Shown here: positions 39,380-53,611 of the stretch, piece after piece | How positions within the stretch are numbered: position 1 is the first letter of the stretch | Layout of the letters: the number at the start of each line of letters is the position of its first letter | Source: Octopus sinensis | Taxonomy: Eukaryota | Assembly: GCF_006345805.1 (NCBI RefSeq) | Contig: NC_043004.1 | Coordinates: 23,436,001 to 23,500,000, forward strand | Direction of reading: 5' to 3' | Length of the DNA: 64,000 nucleotides | Made by a program: the position numbers and the translations under genes | Notes under the pieces: generated by a model | What the model was told of the DNA's origin: nothing | What the model saw: only the letters and a program-made list of their open reading frames with translations | Database searches by the model: none

Positions 39380-39418
<39 letters not shown>

Positions 39419-39608
39419 ACACACACACACATATATAGATGAGACAGGCTTCTTTCAGTTTTCTTCTGCCAAATCCACTCACACATGGTCATACATATAT
39501 ATATATATATATAAATATACATATATATATATACATATACATACATATATATATACACACACATATATATATATATACATATACATATATATACATATAT
39601 ATATATAC

Positions 39609-39655
<47 letters not shown>

Positions 39656-40769
39656 CATACATATATATATATACATATAGTCTGAAGCTATAAAAAACCA
39701 CACTTGCTCAAAGTGCTACACAGTACAACACACCCTCTGGTCCAGGTACTAAAACCATGATCTCACGATCATGGGTGCAACATGTTAATTGCTAGGCCAT
39801 GTACCCTTGCTGAAACAGTGTAACTTGCAGAAAATGCCAATTCTATTTTTTTATAGATATTTAACTTCATTACAGGAATAACCATTAAATTTAATTTCAT
39901 GATTAAGGATAAATGGAAAAGTGTTTTCCTTTTACATTTTGCATAAAGGCACCTCAAATTTATTCATATTACACATGAAATTACACAATCTGTCCATCAT
40001 GGTGAGAAAAAGAGAGAGAAACACGTTGTTGCCAGAAGAGGTAATAAGCTCCCAAAACATTTTCCAAGACTATTATATTTCTAATCTTGATGATCTAACC
40101 TATGGGAAGTTGCTATTTATGAAAAATCTCAATTTTGTTGTTCTTGCATAGCCCTAGGCCTACTCTGATAGCATAGGTCTCTAATCAAAGCAGTTTAATG
40201 GTATAATGTATCTTGGACCTCTATGTTACTTCTTTTAAACACACTGAGGGAGAGTTGGTTGCTACTCCTAGCAAAACAAGTAAATATGTAGAGACCATCT
40301 CCACCTTTATAAACCACGTTTGATCAATAAATGTCAAAGGTTATAAGTATGAAGCTATAATTGTCATGAAGATACTTCAGTCATCTTATTTTCATTGGCA
40401 GTAACAAACAGCTGATCACTCACACACACACACACGCAAACACTGGTCTATCACCATCCACATTGTTACACATAATAATAATCCTACTGTTAATCTGTTG
40501 GCAATGAATATAATCTCTCTGGCTCAACCTCATAATATATTAATATTAGTTTTACTTCTTGGCTCTATCAGACAGACGTTCGGGGCTGTATTACTGCTGA
40601 CAATAATAGGCAACATCTGCTGGTAGGTATGGAAACATGGGGTGATTTAGCACCAAGGAAAAAGAGATTTTCCAGAAACAGCAGTTTATCGTAGGTAAGA
40701 TCATCATCTGAAATATAGTAATCATCATCATCACCCTCATTGTCATCATTCAATGTCCAACCCATGTCA

Positions 40770-41430
40770 CCATGGAAAATAGACTCTGGATGGATTCTCC
40801 GAACTTTCAGAACATGAGAGAAGGAGACACTAATGGTCCTGTGGAAAACTTTCGGCCTCAGCTGCTTGGACTACTGCTCACAACTATGGTCATCACACAA
40901 TATAAAACTAACAGCAGAACTCGAAGCAATTCAAAGAAGCTACACAAAGGAGATCGTCTCAATGCAACATATCAGCTACTGGGAAAGACTGAAAGTATTA
41001 AAACTCTTTTCCCTAGAGCGAAGGCGGGAGAGATATGCGATGATATACATCTGGAAAATCCTGGAGGGTCTTGTCCCAAACTTTGGCATTCAAAGTTACC
41101 CCAACCACAGAATGGGGCGCCACTGCATGGTGTCAAAGATTCCAACATCACCATCAAAATACAGGACCAGATACTGCAACAGCTTGGGTTTCAGAGGACC
41201 ACAGTTCTTCAACATCCTCCATAAATGCCTGAGAGACTTGCATGGTGTGGATGTGGGTTTCTTTAAAACTAAACTGGATCTCTTCTTGTCGGGGGTCCCA
41301 GGAGACACAGATGCGGGCAGCGGCATCCAACTCCCTTGTTGACCAAGTGCCACGTATCAGAGGTGGATTCACATATTAGTGTAGCTCATTCAGTGGTGGT
41401 GCCCCAGCATGGCTGCAGCCTTCAGGCTAA
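40770..41430 (+). mobile_element. CR1/L2-group LINE 3' fragment, antisense in the last guanylyl cyclase intron
   Basis: ORF 40833..41342: LDYCSQLWS...LEAIQRSYTK...SYWERLKVLKLFSLERRRERY...FKTKLDLFLSGVP, a typical RT C-terminal region of CR1/L2-group elements. Confidence 0.85.
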
Positions 41431-41513
41431 AACGTTTTTAAGGATTTAAGGATATATATATATATGTATATATGTATATATATATATATATGTATATATG
41501 TATATATATATAT

Positions 41514-41562
<49 letters not shown>

Positions 41563-41631
41563 TATGTATATATGTATATATATGTATATATGTATATGTA
41601 TATATGTATATATGTATATATATATATGTAT

Positions 41632-41681
<50 letters not shown>

Positions 41682-42049
41682 GTATATATAATATATGTAT
41701 ATATATATGTATTATATATATGTATATATATGTATATATGTATATAATGTATATATATATATATATATGTATATATATAATATGTATATATGTATATATG
41801 TATAATGTATATATATTTATACATATATATATGTATATATATATGTATATATGTATATATATATATGTCGGATTGGGATTAATAAAATTGATGGTTTTTA
41901 TATCCCAAATGTGAAATTTGCAACCATGTGCTTATGTTAGAAATCAATATTTATTATTTCTTTATTCAAAGGCAGTGAACCGACATGCTGGACAAACTGT
42001 TTAGCAGTACATCATCCATCTTCATGTTCGGAGCTCAGATACCTATGTC

Positions 42050-42274
42050 TTTACTACACACAAGGGGCTAAACACAGAGAGGACAAACAGGGACAGACAA
42101 ATGGATTAAGTTGATTATATTGACACCAGTGTGTAACTGGTACTTACTTAATCGACCCCGAAAGGATGAAAGGCAAAGTCGACCTTGGCGGAATTTGAAC
42201 TCAGAACGTAGCAGCAGACGAAATACAGCTAAACATTTCGTCCGGTGCGTTAACGATTCTGCCAGCTCGCCGCC
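42050..42274 (-). mobile_element. SINE family 2, best copy; others near 1320-1540, 23200-23350, 27120-27540, 27850-28040, 30230-30440, 46400-46540, 60930-61640
   Basis: ggcggcgagctggcagaatcgttaac...gagttcaaattccgcc...cctttcggggtcgattaagtaagtaccag repeated across the window. Confidence 0.8.
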
Positions 42275-44739
42275 TTAAGATACCATTGAGGCTGACTTTA
42301 CATTTCATCCATTTGGAGTCATGAAATAAGAATCATTCAAGTACATGGGTTAATTAAATCAACTGGCTCCTGCCCTCAAAAGGTCCTGGCCCAGTGCCAA
42401 AATTTGAAACTATCATGTATTTATTTCTTCCCTGATTTTTGTTTAAGTAGTGTATACTTTCATTCTTTTACTTGTTTGTTATTTGACTGCAGCCATGCGG
42501 GAGCACTGCCTTAAAGGATATTTTAGCCAAAGAACTCGCCCCCCCCACCCCCAGACTTATTCTTTGTAAGACTGGTACTTATTCTATCGGTTTCCTTTGA
42601 TGAACTGCTACATTACGGGGACGTAAACACATCAACATTGGTTGTCAAGCTATGGTGGTGGGGACAAATGCAGACACAAAGACAAAGACACACACACATA
42701 TATATATACATATATACAACAGGCTTCTCTCAGTTTCTATCTAACAAATCCACAAGGCTTTGGTCAGCCTGAGGCTATAGTAGAAGACACTTGCCCAAGG
42801 TGATATGCAGTGGGACTGGACCCAGAACCATGTGGCTGGGAAGCAAGCTTCTTATCACATAGCCGTGCCTGTGCCTATCATTAAATTTTTCAATATTCAA
42901 AAATATATAATCCCAATTCACTGTATGATAATCAATGGCTTTTTAATTATTTCTAATCTTGGTTCATAGTGGCTGCTTTTGCCTGCAATGTGATGTTTCA
43001 TAGTAAAACAGATTGGATGAGAATAGTTTAAACACATGATTCATATTTTTGAATAGTTTTGGTGGCTTTAAAAGGATGGTGGTGTTGGGATAATGGTATC
43101 AGTTCCTCACTGAGATATAGATACATCTAATATTCAAGAATATTTCAGTTATTAACTGATTTTAGGTTTAGCTTGTTTGTTACAAGTGTTGGTTTATGGC
43201 ATGGTGTGGTAAGAGAATAACCTATATAGCGTGTATTCCTAACATTTGCTACTTTTATTTTTAAAACAAAAACAATATACCACATTGATCATATGTGATC
43301 TGCTTTCATTGCTTATTGATTTTAGTGATATTGTACATGATGAGTTGAAAAACCACATAGTATCTCCAGTCTTGTATTTAGTATTGTGGTTTAAGAATTT
43401 TCTCTTGTGCATCAATTCATCCATTGTGTACTTACTGGTTATCTCCTTTAGATAATAAATGTTGCGTCATTGAATGTCAAAGTAAAACATGTTTACTAAA
43501 GTAAAAATATATTGTATATAATAACACATACACACAATCATAATAATTTTTTTTTTTCTTAAATCTATTTTTTCATGCAAACATGGTCCAGACAAAATTC
43601 ACTGAGGCAAATTTTCTATGGCTGGATGGCCTTTCTGTTGCCAATACACACCTCTTTCTTAGCAAGGTAACAATCCCTCGGTCACTCTAAGAGCAAACAG
43701 CTTGGACATAGTCACATGGTGAGCTAGAACCTATGGACCATTAGTGCGAGCCTTTTGTTTACAAAGATCATATAATATGTCATCATCGGTGGTGGTGGCA
43801 TTATCCATCATTATCATCATCATCATCATCATCATCATCAGCATCATCATCTATTAATGTCCATTTTCCATAGTGGCATGGGTTGGACGGTTTGACCAGA
43901 AATGGCAAGTAGGAGAGCTGCACTAGGTACCAGTCTGATTTGGCTTTGGTTTCTATGGCTGGATGCCCTTCCTAGTGCCAACCACTTTACGATGTGTGCT
44001 GGGTACTTTTAATGTGGCATCAATCACAGACATGCTTTCACCATTGGCTACAAGTAAAAGATGTTGCGTGTATAGACAGAAAGACTGCTTATAGTCAGTG
44101 AACACACAGGAAATTGAGAGGAAATATGAACCCTGACAAACACACATGCACAGACATATATACATGTATGCATGTGTGTGTCTGTATCAGGCTTCTACAG
44201 TTTCTGGCAACCAATTCCACAAACAAACTACTGGTCAACTCTTGACTAAGGTATAGCACCCCAACACACAATATTCATGCAATAAGGTCAAATCTCTAAG
44301 CACATGGTTCCAAAGGAAATACATCCATGCATGCACCTATACCTACATGCATGCGTGTGTACATATGTATGTACGTACATGCATGCATGCATACATACAT
44401 ACATACATACATACATACATACATACATACATACATACATACATGCATGCATACATACATACATACATACATACATACATACATACATACATACATACAT
44501 CTATGCACCAGTGCATTTCACAGGCTTGTGCCATGTAAAATTCACTGGTAATGGTGTCATGTAAAAAGTACCCAGTACAGTCTGTAAATTGGTTGGCATT
44601 TGGAAGGGCATTCAGCCATAGAAACTAAGCCAAAACAGACTATGGAACCTGGCTTTGCTAGTTCCTGTCAAGCTGTCCAATCATGCCAGCATGGAAAATG
44701 GATACTAATTGCTGCTACTGATGACGATGCAATTTTATA

Positions 44740-44784
<45 letters not shown>

Positions 44785-45984
44785 GTATGTATTTTTCCCT
44801 TGTTAACAATTAACATGGAAAAAATAGATAAATAGTTACCAGGGTAGCAAAAAATCACACAAGTAAAGAGGCTGTAACTCCTTGATTTTAAAGGTAGAAA
44901 CTTCGGGTTTACATGGAATTTTTCGTATAATATATAAATAAATAAATGGAGTTTAACGCAGGTATAATTCAAATACTTTTACTTCCGACATATGAGCAGT
45001 TCATTTTGTGGAAGACCAGGTCAATAAGAACCTTATTTGAAAACAAATAAGGGTTGGTGACAGGAAGGGTATGTTAATATGTTTCATTCAAGCAATGTTA
45101 GCATAGAGAAAATGGATGTTATAATGATGACAATATATATGAACCTATATAAGGAATGTGCATAATTATGTCTATCATTATGGTAGAATATTAGCAATTT
45201 GTTTCGATTTTGGATTTGGTTTGCAAGATTCTTAATTCGAGTTTGTTAAATTATAAAGCACTAAAAGAGAATGACTCTCCCCAGACACAACAGGATTAGC
45301 AATTTGAATATACATCTATTTAATTATGGTATTATTGTTTAGCTCCAAGTTGGCGTTAATCCAACAGAACTATCATCAAATGATTTTCAACTATGACATT
45401 ATACCTGTCTTGTTTTAGGTATAGTATACTTCAGACAATATTATCCTCTGTCCTATTCATTTCTAATGGGTTGAGTGACTTCATAAAGGGTAAAGACTCC
45501 CTTCAGTCATGAATGACTATGGAATTGCACCTAGAAAGTTACCCTCCAAGGAACAAGTCCAGGCAGGATTGTTTATGGAAGACCAGCAGTCACCCATGCA
45601 TACCAGCCTCCTCTCTCCACACTATTGATGTTATCCAAGGGAAAGGTAAAAGCCGATACAGCTTGGCACCAGTGATGTCACCACTCATTTCTACAGCTGA
45701 GTTAACTGGAGCAATGTGAAATAAAGTGTCTTCCTCAAGAACACAACTCGCAGCCTGGCCCTGGAATTAAACTCACTACTGAGTTGTGAGGCCAGTGCTC
45801 TAACCACTAAGCTGGTTGTGTATGTATGTGTATTTGTGTTTACATATATCTATATTGTACTTGTGTTTTGTAGTCCATATATTGTTTTCCAGTTTAAATA
45901 TTTGTCCAAAATTTTGATAAAATAAATACCTGTGAAAATACAATTCTGCAAATAAAAAAAAGAGATTAATATTATAAGAATTAC

Positions 45985-46076
45985 CTTCATTTCTACAGGT
46001 CCTCGGCATTCAAGTATGAAGGTCTGGAACTTATCAAGAATCGCTTTTGACTGAGGGCTTACATGAATTTTCAAAG
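45985..46076 (-). CDS. Receptor-type guanylyl cyclase, penultimate exon
   Basis: cattctag|CT...AAG|gtaatt; 92 nt; (P)LKIHVSPQSKAILDKFQTFILECRGPVEMK. Confidence 0.96.
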
Positions 46077-46298
46077 CTAGAATGAATTCAAAGAAAACAA
46101 TAGCATGTTAATTAAAAATTGTTTAGTACGTAATTTATTTTAAAGTAACTTATTTTAGCAAACTTATTAATTTTTCACTGAGAGGTGTTTAAGGAGGTAT
46201 GTAATTTTTTAAGAATATGGTAGTATTGACTTTTAGAGTTAAATATATAAATATATAACAGTATTGAGTAATACTGAAGACTAGGAAAATATATATAT

Positions 46299-46347
<49 letters not shown>

Positions 46348-47006
46348 TATTATATTATATTATATTATATTATATTATATATATATATATATAATAATAA
46401 TCCTTTCTACTAAAGGTACAAGGCCTGAAATTTTGTGGGAGGGAACTAGTTAATCACATCAACCTCAGTACTCTACTGGTACATAATTTATCGACCCTGA
46501 AAGGATGAAAGGCAAAGTTTACCTTGATAGAATTTTAACTCAGTACACGGTTGACATTCTTTTATGGTATATCACAACATATGTTTCTACACCCTACAGC
46601 AGTATTAAGTAGCAATTTTCATCTTCATATAACATTATTTAAGATTACTCTTACTAATTATGTATTTGAATATTTTTTAACAACTACTTTGAGTGGTCAC
46701 TTCATTGGGTGGAGTCCAAGAAAGACTGCCAAATTTTGCAGGATTCATCATATCAAAGATGTGCAGTAACTGCACCCCTCCCCCACCACCAAGCACACCA
46801 TTAAATAATTTCATTCCATTCACCAATGGAATGAAATCATTTAGAAGTTTAGAATATGTAAATTTTCAAATGTTTTGACCTCAGTCTTTTCTATACAAGA
46901 ATGGAATTGATACAATTCTAAAGCTAACCCATGAAGTACTTATTTGAAGATTAAATTCTTTACTAGGATAAAGCAGAGAAGTATGGAGAAGTGAAAAGAT
47001 AGTTAC

Positions 47007-47105
47007 GATGGCCATGAGATTCCATCCTTGATGCTGTGTTAACAGTGTCTCCAAACAAACAATATCTGGGCATTTTTAATCCAACAACCCCAGCACAAAC
47101 AGGAC
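47007..47105 (-). CDS. Receptor-type guanylyl cyclase, internal exon
   Basis: attgcag|GT...CATC|gtaact; 99 nt; (G)[32 protein letters not shown], the guanylyl cyclase signature with guanine-specifying Cys and NxxxR motif. Confidence 0.97.
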
Positions 47106-48358
47106 CTGCAATTACAGAAATTAGTAAATAGCAAATATTTTAAAACATCTAAAATGTATTAAATGAATATACAAATATTTAAATATATATTTCTTTATAT
47201 TAAATGTACACTTAATCTTAACACTGGCTCGCACTATCTTACTATAAGCTGAAATGAAAACTACATTACATGCACATACATTCTAATCATCCTAGATCTA
47301 TTATGAATAATTTTATTAGAAATATTTCACAGACTGGCATAATGATAACACAAAATATACAGAAAGCACCGAGAAAAAGTGGCTTTCAAGAATTAATAGC
47401 ATACATTTCTCCCCATAAAGAACTGGGCTGACAAAGACTTGTCAGTAATTTTGTAGATGAAAACTGAAAGAAGCCCACTGTATTTATAAGTGTGTGTTTG
47501 TGTGTGTGCGTGTGTGTATGTGGGTGAGTGCAGGTGTTACCTTGCTTCCACATCACATGATATAAACAAATGTCACCATCATACAAGAAGTCTCTTTGTG
47601 TCCAGTCTTCCACGAAAGCATGTCTGATCATGGAGAAATATTACTTGAAACAGGTGACGGTTGGTGACAGGGAGGGCGTCCAGTCATGGAAAATCTGCCT
47701 CAACAAATTTTATTCATCCCATGCAAGCATGAAAATGTGGCTGTTAAAATGATGACAATGATGATGATGATGATGATGACTAAAAGTAGTACTAGAATAA
47801 TATTAAACCTAACCAAACCAAAACTATTCTGAATATGAAGATAATTAATATAATCTGCATATTTACACAACACAGCTGAGTTCTGTTTGAAGACTTCATG
47901 TTTTGTTCTTTCATTGTCCAGTTTTATGAAGACTAACTTCAAAAAGTTCTAACTCTGACTGCTTCCACAATGCAAGGTTGTGACGCAACTACATTTCTTC
48001 AACAAAAATCCAATAAAATACAATGGAATTATGTCAAATATTCAATTATCACTTCTAAACAGAATTGTTGTTTGATATTCCTTGGATGGACTTTTACTAA
48101 AAACTGAATCAGTAGTGATCAAAGATGATGATAAACTGGTTTTGATTCCATCTTCCCTTTGATGTTTGTCCGAAGATAAATGATTGGCCTGCTAATGGTA
48201 CACACACACACACACACATTTGTATGCTATGAAGTTTGTTAATGGTCCAGAGACACATACACGTGTAAGTGAAGAGATCTTTCTCCTAATGGTACACACT
48301 CACACAACATATATACAGTCTGATAGATAAATAGACTTGTTCAAAAGTTTGTTAATAG

Positions 48359-48432
<74 letters not shown>

Positions 48433-48574
48433 ACACACACACACACGTACACACAATGTACCCCCAACACATATGTAAATAAATAGGAGTGTGAATATGC
48501 ATGTATATATAGATTTATATATTACATATATTTATTTGTACATATATATGTGTATGTATAAGTATATATATATA

Positions 48575-48613
<39 letters not shown>

Positions 48614-49737
48614 GTAAATGTGAATATGTGTATGTGTGAGCACATATGTATGTATATGTGTGTATATATCTGTGTATATATACATGTGTGTCTATATGTA
48701 TACATATGTATATATATATGTGAGTGTGTGTGCATATTTATATATATTTGTGTGTGTGTACATGTACTATACAAGACATGCAAATTCATGGAGAATTCTA
48801 TAGTTTTCATATGTGCAGGCATGGTTATGTGGTTTTAAGAAGCACACTTTGCAACCACATGGTTTCAGGTTCAGTCCTACTGCATGGTACCTTGAGTAAG
48901 TATCTTCTACAATAGCCTTAGGTCAACAAGTGACTTCTGAATGGGTTTGATAATCAGAAACTTATTAACAGAGTAGACTCATGATATCCAGTGAACAGGT
49001 GGTCATGTTAAACAAGGAAATTGATAAGGTCTACATCTTATGAAAGGCTTCCATTCAGTTTCTGTCTTCCAAATTTTAATTACAAGGTTTTGGTTTATCC
49101 AAACAATTGAAATAAATAACTGCCTATTTTTAGCAACACTCTACTTTCCGATTTATTTTCCCAGATGCTACTTACTGGCTCTGCGGAAGGGACACATGAA
49201 AAACTCCTGCGTTTCCCCAGACACTTAGGAAGAGAAGACACTGCAGTGCAATGAATGGCACCGATTTCTGAAGTCTGTAATTCCAGCCATTGAGGAGAAA
49301 CAACAGAGAGACTATGAAAGAGCATGTGGCAGGAATCACTTCTCCATTGCATCAAATAGTTTCTCGGCAGCAGATGTCATTACCACTGTAAATGAAGAAC
49401 AGTCTTTATCACCCACATCTGAGCCTGCCAGAGATGATTTCTGAACAGAACAGTCAACATTGACCTACAACGGGCAGCCGACTTACTGGTTACACAAAAG
49501 TGCTTCACTGGACTAATAATGTCACATGAAACAGCTCTGAATAAAATATATATATTAGTGTAGTATAAAATATATTCATGTAGAGTCATTTTTAACATGT
49601 TCTCGTGCATTTCTCTCAAGGACGTAGAAATGCATGCATCCTACAATCCAATAACATCATTCACAACCAAATATGTTTTCACTTCAGACTATTCTGCTAA
49701 ATGTAAAGATCATCATCATCATCATTATCATCACCAT

Positions 49738-49769
<32 letters not shown>

Positions 49770-50967
49770 TCATCATTGCTTAATGTCTACCTTCCATGCT
49801 GGCATGGGTTAGACAGTTTGACAGGAGAAGGCTACACCAGGCTGTTGTGACTGTTTTGGCATGGTTTTTACAGCTGGATGCCCTTCCTAACACCAACCAT
49901 CCTACAAAGTGGACTGAGTGCCCTTTACAATTAATCTGATAGCTTCAAAGTATTGATGATGTGTTTGTATATTTTTAAAATGACATTGTAGGGTTGATGC
50001 AAGAGGTCAGATCTGGTCAGTTTGAGCATAAAACAGGTAAAATATTTGGGCTGGATATGGCCGGTTTAAATGCTAAAGGGTTAAGAGATAAAATTTTTCC
50101 CAGGACTCTTTCTGCAGCAGCATGTCTTCTCATGTCAAAATGCACTTGAATGTGTTAGATATGGCTTTATACAAATATTTTGCTGTTTCAATATATAATC
50201 CAAGTTACTTTCCATTACATTTGATAGAAACTCTTTCATTTTAACCAATTCCACGGCATCAGATTTTCCTGGTGTGTAGAAACATAAGTCAGTCACAGAT
50301 GAGCAAGTTAAACTCTTTGTAACTGTATTTCTGATGATGTTGTTTTGGTTGATGCCTAGCTCCAAGTCAGCCCTAGGATGGTCAGGTGAGCATAGAGAGA
50401 GGTATGGCTAATTTAGTTGTCTTCTTTTCTTAAGAAAGCATAGAATAAGTGTTGGTTCAGTTCTGAACATTTGTTATTTTGTTTATTATCTTAGAGGAGG
50501 AAGAACCAAGCTGCTGATCTTTTAGTAGTTCTCCTGACCCTGGTGGAAAGAAAGCAGAAGATCTCCATATCTGTAAGCCATATAGGATATATGACAAGAT
50601 CTCTGGCCTATAAATTTTCATACCTATAGACCAGAGATCTTGTCAGAAGCTTCTGAGAGAATAATTTCTACTAGAGGTACCCAAGAACAAAGCGATGGTT
50701 GTGTTAAACTTGGCTACATCAGACATACAGACTAGTATTCAACAGTTAGTGATGCCTTGATACAAAATAAACATGCATATAAATACATACACACATTGTG
50801 TGTGTGTAGTAAGACACTGTTAAACATGCGTTAATACTTGCTGCTACACACGGAGACTTAACACATTGATATTCATACATACACACTGAGACAGACAGAC
50901 AGACAGGTAATAGATAAATATAGTTAGATAGATATAGAAATAGATATACACACATATACACATATGT

Positions 50968-51004
<37 letters not shown>

Positions 51005-51049
51005 AGGAGGGAGGGAGAAAAAAACAATAGTGTGTATTAAAACACTTAC

Positions 51050-51224
51050 CTGTGTGAATGCCTATTCTAAGCTTTAATTGTTCAGTTGGTCGATGTCGAA
51101 TGCGGAATGTTTTGACAGCCTTCAGCAAGGCAAGAGACATCCTGGCTATTTCTCTACAGTGGAGGTTACCATTCAATATAGGAACACCAGATACAACCAT
51201 GTATGCATCACCAATGGTTTCCAC
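51050..51224 (-). CDS. Receptor-type guanylyl cyclase, internal exon
   Basis: ccgcag|GTG...ACAG|gtaagt; 175 nt; [58 protein letters not shown]; GTP-specifying Glu and second metal Asp (ETIGD). Inside ORF 50844..51350. Confidence 0.97.
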
Positions 51225-51412
51225 CTGCGGAATAAAAAAGTAACATACATAAATACATGTATATATAAATGTGTGTGTGTGTGGTGTGTGTGTGTGTGTG
51301 TGTGTGTGTGCATGTGTGTACATGTATATATGTGTCTGTGCTTTCACCATAATATGCCTTTATTATTGTCACACTGCCTTCTGCACATGCATGCTTATAG
51401 TTGGTACTATTG

Positions 51413-51884
51413 AGGTCATGTGATCGAAGATTGAGCCTGATCATCCCATTTTTCTTTCTGGTTTTACAGTATAGGCATGGCTGCTCCACTAGCAATGTGC
51501 CCCAAAGAAGAACAAAGAGCAGTGATCCAAGAGATGATAACGGTGAAGTGGTTCATCTCTACCATCTCTCAAGCTTGCTGAATCTTCTCACCAGTGGTGG
51601 AGGTTGATGGGCATCCGGCTCCCTCTTCATGTGTCATGCCTGAGCATCCACTTTTAAACTTCTTGATCCATTCATATACATTTCTATGTAGTAGTGCACT
51701 GTCCCCGTATTGAGCTAAAAGCCTCCAATGAATTTCAGCACCTGACACACATTCTGACCAGAGAAATCGGATCACTGCTCTTAGTTCTTCTTTGGTGCAC
51801 ATTGCTAGTGGTGCGGCCATGCTTACACTGTAAAGCCAGAAAGAAAATTGGCATGATCAGGTTCAAACTTCGATCATGTGACCA
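51413..51884. mobile_element. Two mariner 5' ends head-to-head; transposase N-terminal relic on minus
   Basis: ORF 51569..51820 (RAVIRFLWSE...EIHWRLLAQYG...VYEWIKKFKSG...EGAGCPSTS) is a mariner HTH; 51413-51528 is an inverted copy of 51769-51884. Confidence 0.85.
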
Positions 51885-52109
51885 CAGAGTGAGAGAAAGT
51901 TGTGGTGAAAGAGTCAGCAGAAGTTCGCCATTACCTTCTGCCGGAGCCACGTGGAGCTTAGGTGTTTCACTCATAAACACACACATCGCCTGGTCTGAGA
52001 TTTGAACCCGCGATCCCTCAACTGCAAGTCCGCTGCTCTAACCACTAGGCCATGTACCTCCACTATACACAGTATAGTTACTATTATACACATATTCAAT
52101 GAAGCTTAC

Positions 52110-52178
52110 CTTATATACATCATAGTTTTCAATTATTGAATCAAATGTTGTGTAAAGATCATTTAGGAGATCCACAAC
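52110..52178 (-). CDS. Receptor-type guanylyl cyclase, internal exon
   Basis: ttttcag|GTT...AAG|gtaagc; 69 nt; [23 protein letters not shown], typical class III cyclase segment. Confidence 0.96.
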
Positions 52179-52332
52179 CTGAAAAAGAAAAAATATATAA
52201 ATGGTATTCCAGTCACGACCACGACCACCAACACCATCATCGTATTTGGAAAGTGATGTATATATATATATATATGTATGTATATATGTATGTATATATG
52301 TATGTATATATATATGTATGTATATATGTATG

Positions 52333-52363
<31 letters not shown>

Positions 52364-53576
52364 ATATATATATATGTATGTATATATATATATATATATA
52401 CTTATATATGTATGTATGTATATATGTATATTTTATATTTACTCCTTTAAGTTGAGAGCTATCTTTAGTTGAGGAAATGTAACATACAATACAATTTCAT
52501 CATCACCACCACCACTACTACTACTACTACTATTTCTATTTAAGTGTTGTTTATTAATTCTTTTAAAGCTTGGAGCTACTTATAGAGCTGAAAATATCTA
52601 AAAGCATCAAAAGGCTAAAGTCAACCACAAACCACTTGAAATAATGCAGATATAAACAAATCAAAAAATAAACAAATGAAAGGATAAATCTTCCCTACCA
52701 TTCCCTCCATTCAATTAAAGACATTCTTTGATGATGATGAAGTGCTACCATTGAGCAGTGACCTATGTTATAATTCCTGCTAGTACATAACCAAATGATC
52801 TAAATTAATTATATTAACTTGTTTAGAGAACCATACTCCTCTGCAATTCAATAAAGAATATATATATATAGTTTATTCTTTTTTCTATTACTACTTATAG
52901 CCATTGAAAAGTAGCCATGTTGCTGCACAGCTTTGAGACGTATCTAGTCAATTATATCAACCAAATTTCACTCACAAAGAATTGGTTAACCTAAGACTAT
53001 GGTGCAAGACCCTTGCCCAAGGTACAATGCAGTATGGTATGATCAAATGCATCCTTTCTTTGAAACCACACGGTTTCAGGTTCAGTCCTACTGCATGTTA
53101 CCTTGATTAAGTATCTTCTATTATTGCCTTAGGTCAACAAATGGCTTGTGAATGGGTTTGGTAGATAGAGTCTTATTAACAGAATGCTAAACTAGGTTCA
53201 CTTTCAACCATGCTTGTTGAGAGACCCTGAATGAAGGTGCACAGAAAATTATACTGGGTTGCATGTGCAACTGCAATACTCTGTGCACCAGAAACATGTG
53301 TTGGTCATTTGTGACCAAATAATTATGATTATGACGAAATGTAATATTAAAAGGAAGATTCAATGATGTACCAGTCTCCGTATTCTTTGTAACTGTTTGA
53401 AACGTATAATCCAGGGAAGCAAACTCAGAGTTACCCAACAGAAGAGTTATAGTGTAATTGCTAATATTAAGTGATCATTGACACTTATTACTACTTGATG
53501 AGGTTAGCAATTAACTGGAACATACCTGAGAGCTACCATCATACTTGCCTGGATAATTTTATCCCTTTACACACAT

Positions 53577-53611
<35 letters not shown>

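Noticed and set aside
46808-46840. Small hairpin atttcattccatt-cacc-aatggaatgaaat near the PRYCLFG exon
   Set aside because: A 13-bp AT-rich stem; too short to support a functional claim.
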